This document shows, in pieces, positions 1-11,030 of a DNA stretch of 64,000 nt; within the stretch, counting starts at the first letter, position 1, and each line of letters starts with the position of its first letter. The stretch is taken from NCBI RefSeq assembly GCF_018977255.1, contig NW_024704742.1, positions 128,342,001 through 128,406,000 on the forward strand, written 5' to 3'. The stretch comes from Callorhinchus milii (Eukaryota). The notes under the pieces were generated by a model that did not search any database, was not told the origin of the DNA, and saw only the letters and a list, made by a program, of their open reading frames with translations. Position numbers and translations under genes: made by a program.

Positions 1-329
1 TAGTCACAGAACCAAACCAAATCAAATAATTTTTTAAATACGCAGAAAATCTATAAGTCCTTTTCACCTGCACACCACATGTTGATGTTGTCCTCACACC
101 GCCCTCACTGAGGGCTATTTCTTAATTAAATGGACCTGCCCATCAGTTTTGGGTCAACTGTTATTGTGAGTTGCAATGAGGCACCTACAAACACAGTCAA
201 TAAATCTTGTGAAACACTTTTGAGACTTTGATGACATAATAAGGTGGTATGTGTAGTAATAATCCTTGTATTTGACATAGCGCCTTTCATATTGGGAGGA
301 TATCTCAAAACACTTCACTGGATTCACTT

Positions 330-535
330 TTAATAATAATAATCATGACTGTGACGTCTCAAAGAGCTTCACAGAATATACTGTAAAGTGAATTGACTAT
401 ATTTTGTTGATGAAAAATGTCAGCCAATTGTGGACAGCAGTATTCCACAAACATGTGTGGATTGAATGACCAAATTTTTTATTTTTTTTGGATGGATTAT
501 TATCCACAGCAATCTGCTAATCAACTAACAAAGTA
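330..535 (-). mobile_element. SINE, 3' partial
   Basis: Matches the body of the full-length copies (ACTGTAAAGTGAATTGACT...GCCAATTG). Confidence 0.8.
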
Positions 536-654
536 GTGACTGTGTTTTTGTGGGTGATTCTGCCAATTGCAAGGAATATTATTATGTATACTTTTTTAAA
601 AGGACTTTCTGCCTCCTTCAAAGGGAGATCCAGCAGTCCTTGTATCCTGTCGCA

Positions 655-890
655 AGCAACAACACAACAACTTGGATTTATATAGCGCCCTCTACGCCGG
701 ACGGCATCTCAGAGCGCTTCACAGTAACGGATTCCAGGGCCAAGCCAGGGAGAGGGTAGGAAGGCGACCAAAAGCCCGGTCGAAGAGAAGGGTCTTCAGC
801 AGGGACCTGAAAATTGTAAGAGAGGAAGCGAAGGGAGTGAGGAAGGGAGTTCCAGAGCCTTGGGGGATAGTGGCTGAAGTTCTGGCACAC
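655..890 (-). mobile_element. L2 LINE family B, 3' fragment
   Basis: Minus-strand translation LWNSL...LLKTLLFDRAFG; 3' stem-loop AGCGCTCTGAGATGCCGTCCGGCGTAGAGGGCGCT and (TTG)n tail. Confidence 0.85.
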
Positions 891-1177
891 AGAAAATGAG
901 AGACAGAAAAAGAGAGAGCGAGACACACGCAGACTGTTGTCCAGGCTGAAGTCATCTAACCCAGCGACATGGTTTGTAAATGGAGGAACGTTTCTCCCAC
1001 AAATACAGTTATTTTCTCTTTAGGTACCAAAGTGCTGTTATTACACACCAAACAAACAAACAAAAGCAATTAAACAATTTTTTTTATTGTAAAAAAAACT
1101 TTGCAATATAATCTGTGAAGTGCTTTAAGACGTCTCAACGCGGTAAGGCGCTATATCAAATGCAAGGATATTATTAT

Positions 1178-1496
1178 ATCCTGTCCTGTAGCTCAGTGTT
1201 TAGAGCACTCGCTTTGCAAGCGAGAGACCTGAGTTCAATTCCAGGCAGAGGGCGAAACCTTGGGCAAGTTTCCTTACTCCACATGCCTAATAATAATCCC
1301 TCCAAAAAAACAAAACAATAATAAATTGGTCATTTTCAATCTACGACTGTTTGTGGGACATTGCTGTGCGCAATTGGCTGCCGCGTTCGCCCACAAATAT
1401 ACAGTCAATTCACTTTACAGTGTGTTCTGTGAAGCGCTTTGGGACGTCCTCCCGACGTGAAAAGCGCTATATCAAATGCAAGGATTATTATTATTA
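1178..1496 (+). mobile_element. tRNA-derived SINE, short subfamily, near full length
   Basis: A box TAGCTCAGT, anticodon-like arm CTCGC-TTTGCAA-GCGAG, B box GTTCAATTC, Deu-like body, L2-like tail and (TTA)n. Confidence 0.93.
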
Positions 1497-2699
1497 TATA
1501 ATTTGAAAAATTTGGGGACCCCAGAAACTGCATAATTGATAAGCTTGGTAAGATATATTCAGTCATTTATACTGCCTCCTTATGTATTCCAATGATAGGT
1601 CTATTTTCATGCTTCCTCCACTGTTGTGAAAATTCGGGTCCTCAGTCGTTAACATGGCATTATTGGAGCTTTCATGGCAAGCTGTGTCTAATTCAAAGAA
1701 TTTAAATTATTCGTACTTGGAAAACATAGCAAATATGCTTCTTTTTTACAGTTTGAATTACATCTCTTTTAACAAAGTGAATGCAGTGGGTTCCAGTAAG
1801 CACAGCCTCTATTGGAGGATATGTTGCCTTCAGTAGTTTTCCATGGAATAGGAGCTAGCAGCAATGACTTGACTTTGACCCTAATATATATGCTACTTTT
1901 AGTCGGTCTTTGCGTTATTCACTGATACCTTCTTAGTGTATTGTTATCATTGGTGCCACCTGGGGATAGATAGTTTTCTCTTTATTGTCCTAAGTACCAA
2001 AGTGCTGTCAAATACACACCAAACAAACACAAAAAGCAATTAAACAACTTTTTATTAATTGTAAACAAAAGGGAGAAAAGGCCATATTGCTTTAACCACA
2101 GCGACAGTATTTTTTGATATCAGAGCAAATCCATAAACACGTGACAATACAAAATTACATTTGTATAGCGCCTTTCACATCGAGAAGACGTCCCAAGGCG
2201 ACAAAACTTCAAGCACGGTGCACGGGTTGTGTTCAGGGTGCAATGCTTGCAATCGAAGGAAATAGTTCAGATAAGAGGCGATGAAGCATATGGAAGTACT
2301 GGAGAAAGTTTCTGCGGCTCTGCTTTCGATCCACATGGAGCTACTCATTTTATCAGCAACCTGGAAAACAAGAGACAAGAGAACAATCCAAATTAATATG
2401 GTCACACTGGCAAAGGTAAATCTAAGCCCATCATGAAACACAAGCATATACATACAGCGCACATTTGTTTGACACATTAATATGTCATCGCCAATCCAAA
2501 CTTGTTACGTAAAACTTTAGAAGCAGATTCTGGGTGTGAGGGGGTTGGGGGGGGGAAGGGGGGGGGAAGGGAACTTTGGTTCAAAATTTAGCTTCTTGTT
2601 GTCATGGTGACCAACTTTAGACTCTCTCTCTCTCCCGCTCACATTAATTTTTAAAAAATCCAGATTCAGTTGGGAGAACAGGTCACAAAGATTTGTTGC

Positions 2700-2897
2700 T
2701 CAATCCACCGCTGTTTGTGGGACACTCCTGGGTAGCAATCGGCTGCCGTGTTTCGCCCACAAAGTAGACTGTCAATTCACTTTACGGTATATTCTGTGAA
2801 GCGCTTTTGAGACATTTCGATGACTTAATAAAGCGCTCCGAGACACTGCCCTGCTGTTGTTATATCACATGCAAGGATGATGATTATTATTATTATT
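2700..2897 (+). mobile_element. SINE, 3' partial
   Basis: Body and tail homology, ending ATGCAAGGAT(GAT/TAT)n. Confidence 0.8.
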
Positions 2898-3073
2898 TTA
2901 CCTTGTTTGCAAAGTAGACCTGAGCCCCCGGTGCTGTGCTCTGGCCAGGGATGCCTGCAGATCATGGCTGATCTGCTGTGGGTGATATATAAAAGTTGTT
3001 GGTGGAGTGGACTCTGTCTTGGGAGGAGTTCAGTGGGAGAGGGTGGGAGAGGAGAAGACGGTTGGTGTGTGGA

Positions 3074-4087
3074 TCAGGGACTGGGGTTGCTCAGAGTCCT
3101 GTCAACAGGGACCAGGAACCTCTCGATGGACGGTGAACTGCTGGACCTCATCCTCTTGATGTGGCTGAAATGCTTCTTGATCAGCAGCTGGAACTTGCTC
3201 TTGTCCTTCAGGAAGTTGGCTCTGCGGTGAGAGGGCGAGGAGGCTGGAGCGGGTGAGGGGGAGCCAGGCAGGAGCAGGCTGGGGTGGGCGAGGAGATCCC
3301 AGGAGGCGGATCTGCTGGCCTTGACCACCGGGGCTGGGGAGGAGTTGCCGGTGAGGGGACCTCCCTTGTCCTGATGTTGTCTCCGCTGTTGGAGGAGGGT
3401 CAGTGGGCTGGAGCGGCTCCTGGCCAGGGCCGGGCTCTTCCTCCTCCCGCTCAGCAGTGCCCTGAGGTCGGCAGAGTCCCTCTCGAAGAAGAGCGACTCT
3501 TTCCTCTTGATGCTCGGGCTCTCCCCCAGCGCCAGGAAGCCGTAGGGGGTGGTGATCTTCTGCAGGTGGGGCAGGGACAGGGCGGCTCTGGTGGTGGGGT
3601 CGGAGTGGTCGCCCCCACCCTGCGGCTCCCCGGGGACCAGCCTGGGCTCGGGCTTGTGGCCAACCCGCCCTCGCCTCCCGGTGGGATCGATCCCACCTCC
3701 CGCACCTCTCCCACCTCCCGCACCTCTCCCACCTCCCGCACCTCTCCCACCTCCCGCACCTCTCCCACCTCCCGTCGCCCCGCAAGAGCCCGGAGACGCC
3801 GCCCCTCGCCCCCCGGACCCCGTCTCCTCGCCCCCCACCCGGGGCTCCTGCTCCACCCGCGCACACAGGTGGTGCTCCACATCGAGGGGGGGGATGGTGA
3901 ACTTGGGGATGCGATCCGGGGTGACTATCACACTGAAGATGTCCCCCGATCTCCTCCTCCTCCTCCTGGTGGTGGAGTTGCAGCCGTCCGACTCCGGGCG
4001 GGGTTTGGCGGTGGGCTTCAGGCTGACCCAGGTCAGCACACTGTCCAGGGTGTTCCTGAAGGAGATGTGGGTGGTGGTGGACAACAT
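3074..4087 (-). CDS. C2CD4 (NLF)-family protein, single coding exon, 337 aa, lacking the C-terminal C2 domain
   Basis: GC-rich ORF in an AT-rich background. ATG has A at -3 and an in-frame TGA 4 codons upstream. Motifs VTPDRIPKFTIPP (aa55-67) and DHSDPTTRAALSLPHLQKITTPYGFLALGESPSIKRKESLFF (aa160-201) match the recalled C2CD4 N-terminal motifs (LTPDKIPDFFIPP; DADPQAQGAMSLP..TSYGFAMLAESPHTRRKESLF). Paralog identity is unclear. Confidence 0.85.
   Translation of the reverse strand: MLSTTTHISFRNTLDSVLTWVSLKPTAKPRPESDGCNSTTRRRRRRSGDIFSVIVTPDRIPKFTIPPLDVEHHLCARVEQEPRVGGEETGSGGRGAASPGSCGATGGGRGAGGGRGAGGGRGAGGGRGAGGGIDPTGRRGRVGHKPEPRLVPGEPQGGGDHSDPTTRAALSLPHLQKITTPYGFLALGESPSIKRKESLFFERDSADLRALLSGRRKSPALARSRSSPLTLLQQRRQHQDKGGPLTGNSSPAPVVKASRSASWDLLAHPSLLLPGSPSPAPASSPSHRRANFLKDKSKFQLLIKKHFSHIKRMRSSSSPSIERFLVPVDRTLSNPSP
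3691..3774. repeat. 18-bp coding tandem repeat (about 4.7 copies) encoding (GGGRGA)n
   Basis: Unit TCCCACCTCCCGCACCTC, in frame within the C2CD4-like ORF. Confidence 0.95.
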
Positions 4088-4213
4088 GATCGGCCTTCAC
4101 TGACCGCTGCAGCTCTGTGGCTCTCTGTCTGGGGTTTGAATGAATGAGATGTCTCTCTCTCTGTGTCTCTCTGTTGACTGTTTGCCTCCTCCTAAAAGTT
4201 GGGTGTAAAGTCA

Positions 4214-4296
4214 CCCTCTTCTTCTCTTCCCTCTTCTCTTCTCTTCCCTTCCCTCTCTCTCTCTCTCTCTCTACCTCTCTCCCCTCTCTCCCTCTT
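4214..4296. repeat. Polypyrimidine/(CT)n tract upstream of the C2CD4-like ORF
   Basis: Direct observation. Confidence 0.85.
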
Positions 4297-4320
4297 GGGA
4301 AAAGCAGCCAGAACTGGAGC

Positions 4321-4358
4321 TTTTAAGGTCGCAACACATTGCCACACAAGTCACGTCA
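4321..4358 (-). promoter_or_regulatory. Candidate promoter of the C2CD4-like gene
   Basis: Minus-strand TGACGTGA (CRE variant, 4351-4358) lies about 25 nt upstream of TTAAAA (4321-4326), just upstream of a purine-rich leader. Confidence 0.3.
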
Positions 4359-5499
4359 CTCTGATCACCGCATCACTAACATAGTTACCCACAGTCGGTG
4401 TATTCCACCCCCTTTCCCCATCTCCTCCTCCTGTCTCTGCATCCAAAACAGCCACTTCGCAACAGCACAGCAGCTGAGCACTTTTGGCTGTGATCCACAC
4501 TCTCTTCACTCATCAACCACAGCTCAAGGCTCCGGGTTGTTGAGCACACAGTCAGTCAACGGATGAAAAGATATCACGTTTCCAATCACTGTTGCAGCCA
4601 ATCCATCTCCAAACTTCCCCATTCCCCCCCCCCATCCCCCCCACCCTCCCCATCAGGAGATGTTGCTCACTCTAGTCCCAACTGCTGAACAAAGTCAGAT
4701 GGGAACTGGGGATCAAGTGCTCTGGGACCCTACCTTGCCTGAAGCGCACTATTCTAGATGCAAGTTGTTGTTGTTGTTGCTGTTGGAGTTGCCTTAGAGT
4801 TCGACGATTGTTTGCTGCTGAAAAAACAGGACTTGTCAGAACAAATGCTATACGCAGACACGTGTCGCATTTGTTCTGAGAAGTACTTATTTTCAGTAGA
4901 ACCCTTTAATAGCCTGTCTTCTGGTTGTCACTGCAGCCACCACACCCACCCCCCCACTCCACCCTCCGCCACCGTGTAATTTAAGGAAAAGCATATTTAG
5001 TTAACATTTGGAGTACAGTATTAAACGCTTTCCACCTTATTCCTGTTAAGAGAATACCTCACATGACCCAACGCTTAATATCTGCAACTGAGTAAAGTGG
5101 TGTGAAAGCAGATTGAGAATTTCAAGCGTGTTGGTTGAGGTAAATTAGCATTTTGGGGGGAAATATTACATATAAACAATGCTTATGATCAGTGTTATGA
5201 CAGATACTGATGTTTTCATGCATCCTAATGTCACCATGTGCTCAGAGACAAAATACAATGCTTGTTTTTTCAAAAAAATCTCATTTACTGTCCCTGCTTT
5301 GTAGATAGGAAAAAGGGACATTTGGGGCTGATTATGGCTGGGATTTTAGATTGTGTTACTGTATATCCATGAGTGGGCTTGAAACAGTGAAAACCTATTG
5401 CAACAAGTAGGTCATATCACTCTTGGATCAACTGTATGGAATTTGTCCAACAGAACTTCCACTATATAGATACACAGATATTTCTATAGTTCTTATGAA

Positions 5500-5638
5500 A
5501 GGTTTTGAGGAAAGGGTGTGGACCTGACACATAAACTCACTTTCCTCTCTCTATAGATGCTGCCTGACCTGCTGAGTGCTCCCAGTGACTTCTGTTTTTA
5601 TTTCAGATTTTCAGGTTCTGAAGTATTTTGGCTTTTTT
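5500..5638 (+). mobile_element. Penelope-like terminal fragment with decayed hammerhead
   Basis: ATAGATGCTGCCTGACCTGCTGAGTG...TTTCAGATTT is the reverse complement of the 58.5-kb copy. Confidence 0.55.
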
Positions 5639-6464
5639 ATATATATATATATATATATGGGTTCTTGAGGTATAACACTCATCACAGTGCAACCAAAGTA
5701 CTTTATGATGTAAGTGTATGTAATATGCAAGTATGTAAGACTTGATAATCAAGTGTGGCTCCTTACTCAAAGATAGTTCCAGATATTGTCAAAAGTACTT
5801 ACTGCATGTATCAAAATGTGTCACAAGTGAATAAATGATGAGTGGCTCATCAAGAGTGAATCCTGAAAAAGTTACGTTATGTGCAAGTTACACGTGTGGT
5901 AGGTTTTGACACAGATACCTGGGTTTAGACAACAACAACTTGCATTTAGATAGCAACCTTCACACAGGGCAGCGTCTTGGAGCACTTACCTGTTCCTGTT
6001 AGCGGTGGGAGCAATGAGTAGTTCTGCCCATTTCCACCTCTCTGTGTTCAGGTGAAATTTTATAACAAGTGCTAAAATGCATGAATGGATTATTGGTCTC
6101 CCATTGCTCGCAGCATTCCTGATGTTAGCAAACAATTGGTAGGACAGACTTTCATTTAAATGCCAATTTTGCACTTGTAGACACCGCTTTCACTGTTACA
6201 GAAGCATATATAGCCCCATATCCAAAATACCCCCACATCCAAAATACCCCCACATGCAAAATGTTTTTGTTAGTAACAAAAGTCCTTCTCATGGGAAAAA
6301 CAACAGCCTAATAAGTTTATATGTTGTCATTGTTTAACATGTTTAAAAAGGTTCGCTATCACTGAATTAGAATATCTACATCTCTCCTTAACTGTGGACT
6401 GATGAAAGCTGCTGGAAGGCGTTACGTGGAATCTGGTTCCATGCATTAATACATGCTCATTCAT

Positions 6465-6785
6465 ACGCGCAATTGGCTACTGAGTTTCACCCACAAAAAT
6501 ATACAGTTAATTCACTTTACAATATATTCTGTGAGATCGCCGAAGACATGATAAGGATCTATATCAAATGCAAGGATTATTATTATTATTATCATCTCAT
6601 ATATCTCAAATAGAATTGGTCATTCGTTTTACAGCTGTTTGTGGGACATTGCTGCGTGCAAGTTGGCTGCCACATCGCCCACTAAACACATAATCACTAC
6701 ACTTTACAGAATATCCTGTGAAGCGCTTTGAAACGCTGATGTGAAAGGTGTTATATCAAATGTAAGGATTATTATTATTATCATC
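6465..6785 (+). mobile_element. Two tandem SINE 3' fragments
   Basis: Each ends TATCAAATG(C/T)AAGGATTATTATT. Confidence 0.8.
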
Positions 6786-9039
6786 ATCAACTCAGGCTTG
6801 GAATCTACCTTGATTGTTATGCAGTTTGTTAGTTGTTGTAAATGCATCCACCCAATGAAACCATTGCTCAATGGGTCATGTCAAATGACTGACTCATGAT
6901 TAGTGTTGAAATTGAGTCAACACTCTGTGGCAGTCTCAGTGATCTGGTTCCTGTGCCAGGCTGGTACGCAGTGCTCCAGGGCACTGCTGACGATATACCA
7001 GACATCCCGTCACATCAGCAAGACGTGGAGTGGCAGTCCAGTAACTGGGAGCAGGTATTCTTCCCATTTGTCTCCTGATATCCCTGCAAGCCAGGCAGAT
7101 GTGGTCCTAGCTAAACAAGAGGTGGGAAGCTTGCAGGTCAACGCTTACAATTACAAGATATGCAGTTTCTGCTCATTAAACTCCAGTAATACCCCACTGA
7201 ACACCCTTGGGATCCCTGAGCCTTAGCTCTTGCCAACCTAATATTCTCTGGAATTCGGGATGCAATTTGCACTCCTCCAGGGAGAATATTCCATTCCAGA
7301 CACAGGTAAATATCTATGTGCAGGTGGCATACATACGTTGAACTATTACTCTGGACTGGATACTGTTAAACAAGGTCATGGCTTTCCACATATATTAGAC
7401 ACCTAGTAGACCAACAAAACATAACTGGATTTTAATCTGAAGCCACAACAACAATCCCCCAAATAAAAACAAAATGGTCATTCACTCCATGGCTTTTTGT
7501 GGGATATTGCTGTGTGCAAACTAGCTGCCACATTTTGCCCACAACTGATGCTGTCAAATAATCACAATAATCAGTTTACAGTAAAGATGTTAATCGCTTT
7601 GATACATTTCAACAACCTGAAATGTGCTATATGTAATTTTGTATTCTAATTTTATATTGTATTGTATATCAAATGCAAGGATTATTATTACCAAGTTATT
7701 TTCAAAGCAACTAAATTCAAGAAAACAAGCCATCAGTCATTTTGTAATCTAAGCGTGTAATGTAGACAATCCTATGTTAAGAACTTTCTAACATAAAATG
7801 AGCAAACATTTGTTTTATAGACATTTTTATTGATATATTTGCATATAGATGTTAAATGGTCTGGATTGATCGTCAAGCCCATCAAATGTAATGTGACTCA
7901 AATTTAAGTTCATGTTTAATTGTACATGTAAACGTGCTATTTGGGTTAAATTTAGAATCCAATTTTGTTGACTGGAGGAAAAACTTAATAAATCCTTTCA
8001 AAGCACTTGACATTGATACCAGAATACCTGAAAGAGCTTAATATGATAACCAGAAAGGACATAACATGATGTCAAAAATGTCTTGACGTAGTAAATTAAA
8101 TAAACTGATACCACCATTTAGAGACTGATCCCGATGCATACAGGATACAAACTGATCCCTATATATACTCAATGATCAACCTGTCAAATGCTCAAATCCA
8201 TTATGATGCTTATTCACTGTTGTCCTTAAGTTAAGTTATTTGTTATGGTTTCTGATTGTTTTCCCTTGAAAAATGAAAATGTCATTTTGCCTGTCAAAAT
8301 TGTGTGGTAACATTTTTCAGCCTTGCCTCTAAAGGATTCATAATCACCTGGTCCAACCAGCTTGTCTATGTGTCACACATATAAAATATTGCTAATAACA
8401 TCTAACTCAGTGAAGTTCTTAAAGCAAGCAGAAATGCTGAAACATTAAAATGGACTTAATGAGAAATATGTAATTTTGATTAAAAAATAGCAGCTTTCTA
8501 CACTTAATTCCTGTGGTTCAGATCTTCCATATTGATACCTGCCCTCTAGCTCCTCCAATAGTTCAGATCTTTCTATTGACTGAATTCCTTCATCTCCTGT
8601 CATGGCCCAGATCTTATTTCTGGCTGACTCTATTCGAGTTTCTCACACAATCCAGACCCTTTTTTTGTGGAGTCCCTTAGGATAGTTGTAAGAACACTTG
8701 CTTTGCAAGCGAGAGGACCTGGGCAGGGTGAAACGTTAGGCAAGTCCAGATATTTCTTACTTTCTTCCTCTTCAGATATCTGTGATCATTCATTCCAGCA
8801 CTTTGCATTGGTTTTCTTTCATTGCAATAATTCTCTAACACCTCTTATGTGTGTATCTCACTGATGACTTGCAGTTAGCTAATTCTGTGACATACATTTA
8901 TTTCATCCGTGTTTTTTCTCCAGCCCTCTGGTTACTGATCTTTCTCATGCACATTTTTACTCGAGATTCTCCCTAGTCCATGTTTTGTCCATTGGTGCTT
9001 TTCATTTCATGGATATGCAAAGGCTTCTCCTGCTGGATA

Positions 9040-9455
9040 ATAATATAATAATATATTATTAATAATATATTATTATTTAATAATAATATTTAATAATATT
9101 ATTAAATAATAATAATCCTTGCATTTGATATAGGGCCTTATCATGTCTTCGAGATGTCTCAAAGCGCTTCACAAAATATACTGTAAAGTGAATTGACAGT
9201 ATATCTTGTGGGCGAAATGCAGCAGCCAATTGCTCACAGCACCGTCCCACAAATAGTCATGGACTGAGTGGCCAATTTATTATTATATTTTTAAGGAATT
9301 ATTACCCCCGGAAAAGTGATCTGCCCCCTATTTACTGCTAGGTAAACAGGCATGTGGAGTAAGGAAACCTGTGCAATGTTTCGCCCTGCCGGGAACCAAA
9401 CCCAGGGCTCTCGCTTGCAAAGCGAGGCCTCTAACCACTGAGCTACAGGACTCCA
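9040..9455 (-). mobile_element. tRNA-derived SINE, long subfamily, full length
   Basis: Head AACCACTGAGCTACAGGACTCC, internal TTACTGCTAGGTAAACAG block and an expanded AT tail. Confidence 0.92.
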
Positions 9456-10409
9456 AATTCTCTCTGCACATGTGGTTTACACATGGTGTATTACAGAGCC
9501 CAGTACCTTCATGCAATCCAAGACCATCTGAGGGAATGCACTAAAATGAGTATATTATACCATGTTATCCATTATGTTTCCTTTACAAAAGTTGCCTTAA
9601 CCTGAGATTATTATTATCATCCCTTCATTTAGAAAAGATAATATTGATTTCAAACTGTGACATACTTGGGTCCCCATGAGGTGGTTATATGGCATTCTGC
9701 TGCATATAAGAACTTTGATACAGTTTCATACTGTGTAAACTCTCAAAAAATAAAGATTGAAAAGTGTTCCCTGAAATCTAAATCGAATCCTTGCATTCAG
9801 GCCTCTCTCTCCTCTTCCCCTTTGTTAATTGTCTGTGCTACCCACAATGATCAACTTCATTTACCATGTCAAGGCTGGGTTGACGAAGACTGCTACCTAG
9901 TGGTTTGAAAACATAATTTTGAGCCACTGTAATTCATAGTTTCTTTGTGCTTAAGCTGCTTGAAATAAGATGCTGTTCCCTAGACATTCCACTTACAATG
10001 CACTGTCCCACTTTTAAACAGAGTAATAAATGGCCTTTTCTTACTTGTGGAGATAATGGATTTTAATAGCACTCTGCTGTTAGAACTCTTTAGGTTGAAA
10101 TTGTGGCTTTATTTTTCTTCCTAAATTTATCGCAGCAAAGTGTGAAAGACCCACCACTTAGATATTCCATCACATCTTTCTTTATAGCTTAGCAGGCAGT
10201 GATGGAAGCCAGAAAGCAGGAGTCATTAAAGAAGTTACTTGATGCTGTAATAGCTTTTGTGAGGATGAAACCCACTGAGCTGAAATGCCTTCTTCAACTG
10301 AGCACCTCATGAAATTTTGAATTTGCTTGAAGAAACATTTATGGCATATAAAAAGGGAAAGAATAATCCAATGTAATAAATGTTAAACTACACATCACTG
10401 ACACGGGAT

Positions 10410-11030
10410 GACAGCCTGGCTCAGATGGCAGCACTCCCACTTAAACGTCAGAAGGTTGTGGGTTCAAGATATTAAACCGGGTCTTATTTACCTGTTCAAG
10501 CAATCTGGGATGCTGCCCCGCTGTGAAGGGCACTATATAAATGCAAGTTTTTGTTATTGTTGTTCAAGTGGTTGTTAAAGATTTCATGGCATGACTTGAA
10601 GTGAAGGTAGTTTCTCCTGGTGTGCTGGTCAACAATCCCCCAACTAAAATTGTCATACATTTCATGGCTGTTTGTGGGACATCGCTATGTGCAAATGGGC
10701 TGCTGCATTTGTCTACACAATCTTATGACGCACTTTGAGATGTCCTCTCAATGTAAAAGACGCTATACCAAATTCAAGGATTATTATTATTGTTATTATT
10801 ATTATCTTTTGAGGTGTCAGCTTGGCTTTTTTAGTAGCACTCTCACTCCTAGGTTATGTATTTAGGCTGCATTGCCACAGGTGCTGTCCTTTGATGAAAT
10901 GTTAAGTCTAGGTGGATGTTAAAGACCTTTTAGCACTATTTCAAAAGAAGGAAGAGAGATTCTACCAATGTCCTGACCAACAATCTAGGTAAATCTCACC
11001 CCCACCCCTCCCTGCAATTGGTCATTTTAT
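10410..11030 (+). mobile_element. Older Deu-domain SINE remnants (SacSINE/AmnSINE-like)
   Basis: GGCTCAG..GGCAGCACTC head and AGGTGGATGTTAAAGA..GCACTATT Deu-like block, diverged. Confidence 0.65.

Noticed and set aside
3102..4214. Overlapping long ORFs (370 aa minus, 287 aa plus, others)
   Set aside because: Shadow frames of the GC-rich C2CD4-like exon; only the 3074-4087 frame has family motifs.
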